A stretch of DNA of 64,000 nucleotides, from NCBI GenBank assembly GCA_973895155.1, contig OZ316892.1, forward strand, positions 572,917 to 636,916, given 5' to 3'. This document shows positions 63,259 through 64,000 of the stretch, piece by piece (position 1 is the first letter of the stretch; each line of letters starts with the position of its first letter). This DNA is from Marsupella aquatica (taxonomy: Eukaryota > Plantae > Marchantiophyta). The notes under the pieces are model-generated. The model had not been told where the DNA came from and ran no database searches. It saw nothing but the letters and a program-made list of their open reading frames with translations. The position numbers were made by a program, and so were the translations under genes.

Positions 63259-64000
63259 CTACAGGACTCATTGTGTTCTTGTGTCTGTCCCTCACATTGT
63301 TCAAGTGTTTGAGTCAGTGAATGGCACTACAACAAAAGCAAGTTACACAATCATTGGGGTAAGTCAGGCCATCAATGTAGAGCACACTGATCCCAAGGGA
63401 CCCTGTAATTGACATAAGGGTATCTTGAAACACGACATTTACACCATGATTAAAACATTGTCTGTTGCCACCCTGGTTGTTCCAAGTTTGCCACAGCCCT
63501 GTACCCACCTGTCCTGCCTTGGTATGGCAAATGGCAAGTATAGTATGACCCAATACTGTGTTGCACAGTATTGTCAAGTATAAAAGATGATGAGCAGAAG
63601 TGTTGCAAAGCATTAGTGAGATGGTCAGGTAATTGGACAGTGTGAGGAGTCTTCGGTCTGACAATCGGATTCAAAGAGTGCGTGCTGAAGGGAGAGTGTT
63701 GGGTTGGGTGTGGAAAAGGTAGACAGTACCATTAGGATCATCTCACATGTTAAAGTCTACAAAATGAGTGCTTAGATTCACAAATGGTATTGGACAGAAA
63801 TTATAGGTGGAACGTTCCTGAAACCAACCACAACAAAGCTAAACATTATCAAACAAATTGGGAAAATTGTCATGTGACCTGCCAAAGTGAACAAGGACAC
63901 TCTATATTCAAGAACTGATAACATCCATAACTTTCTCATTAGACATATATTGAATATGAAGCCTACGTTTGCCAAATTGTCTTACTGAATTGTATTGTGG

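Noticed and set aside
63314-63975. Short minus-strand ORFs at the window end
   Set aside because: No recognisable motifs and frequent stops; not supportable as a gene.

Overview
This is eukaryotic land-plant nuclear DNA: it has GT-AG introns and a nuclear-encoded plastid ribosomal protein L3 with a transit peptide. A non-seed plant is my guess, not demonstrable here. About 59 of the 64 kb are nested transposons whose junctions can mostly be read exactly. These are a PIF/Harbinger element, a Mutator-like (MULE) element, a Helitron, a CACTA element (13598-30590, TSD TAT), a Ty3/gypsy element and six solo-LTR-type insertions, each with a 5-bp TSD. Ordinary genes (plastid RPL3, an ACOS5/4CL-like pseudogene) start only after about 59.2 kb. 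Three observations stand out. (1) The MULE-like element carries a divergent spliced gene with an N-terminal ParB/Srx-like domain and a C-terminal beta-class N4/N6 DNA methyltransferase-like domain. It also carries 13 copies of a 15-bp palindrome, TAGCGCCNGGCGCTA, all in non-coding DNA. (2) The gypsy family has a 4.66-kb LTR that itself contains a 1207-codon ORF, present four times. (3) The CACTA element has a first exon that can be spliced in frame either to its transposase or to a SET-domain exon. All domain calls are motif recognition by eye; no database searches were run.
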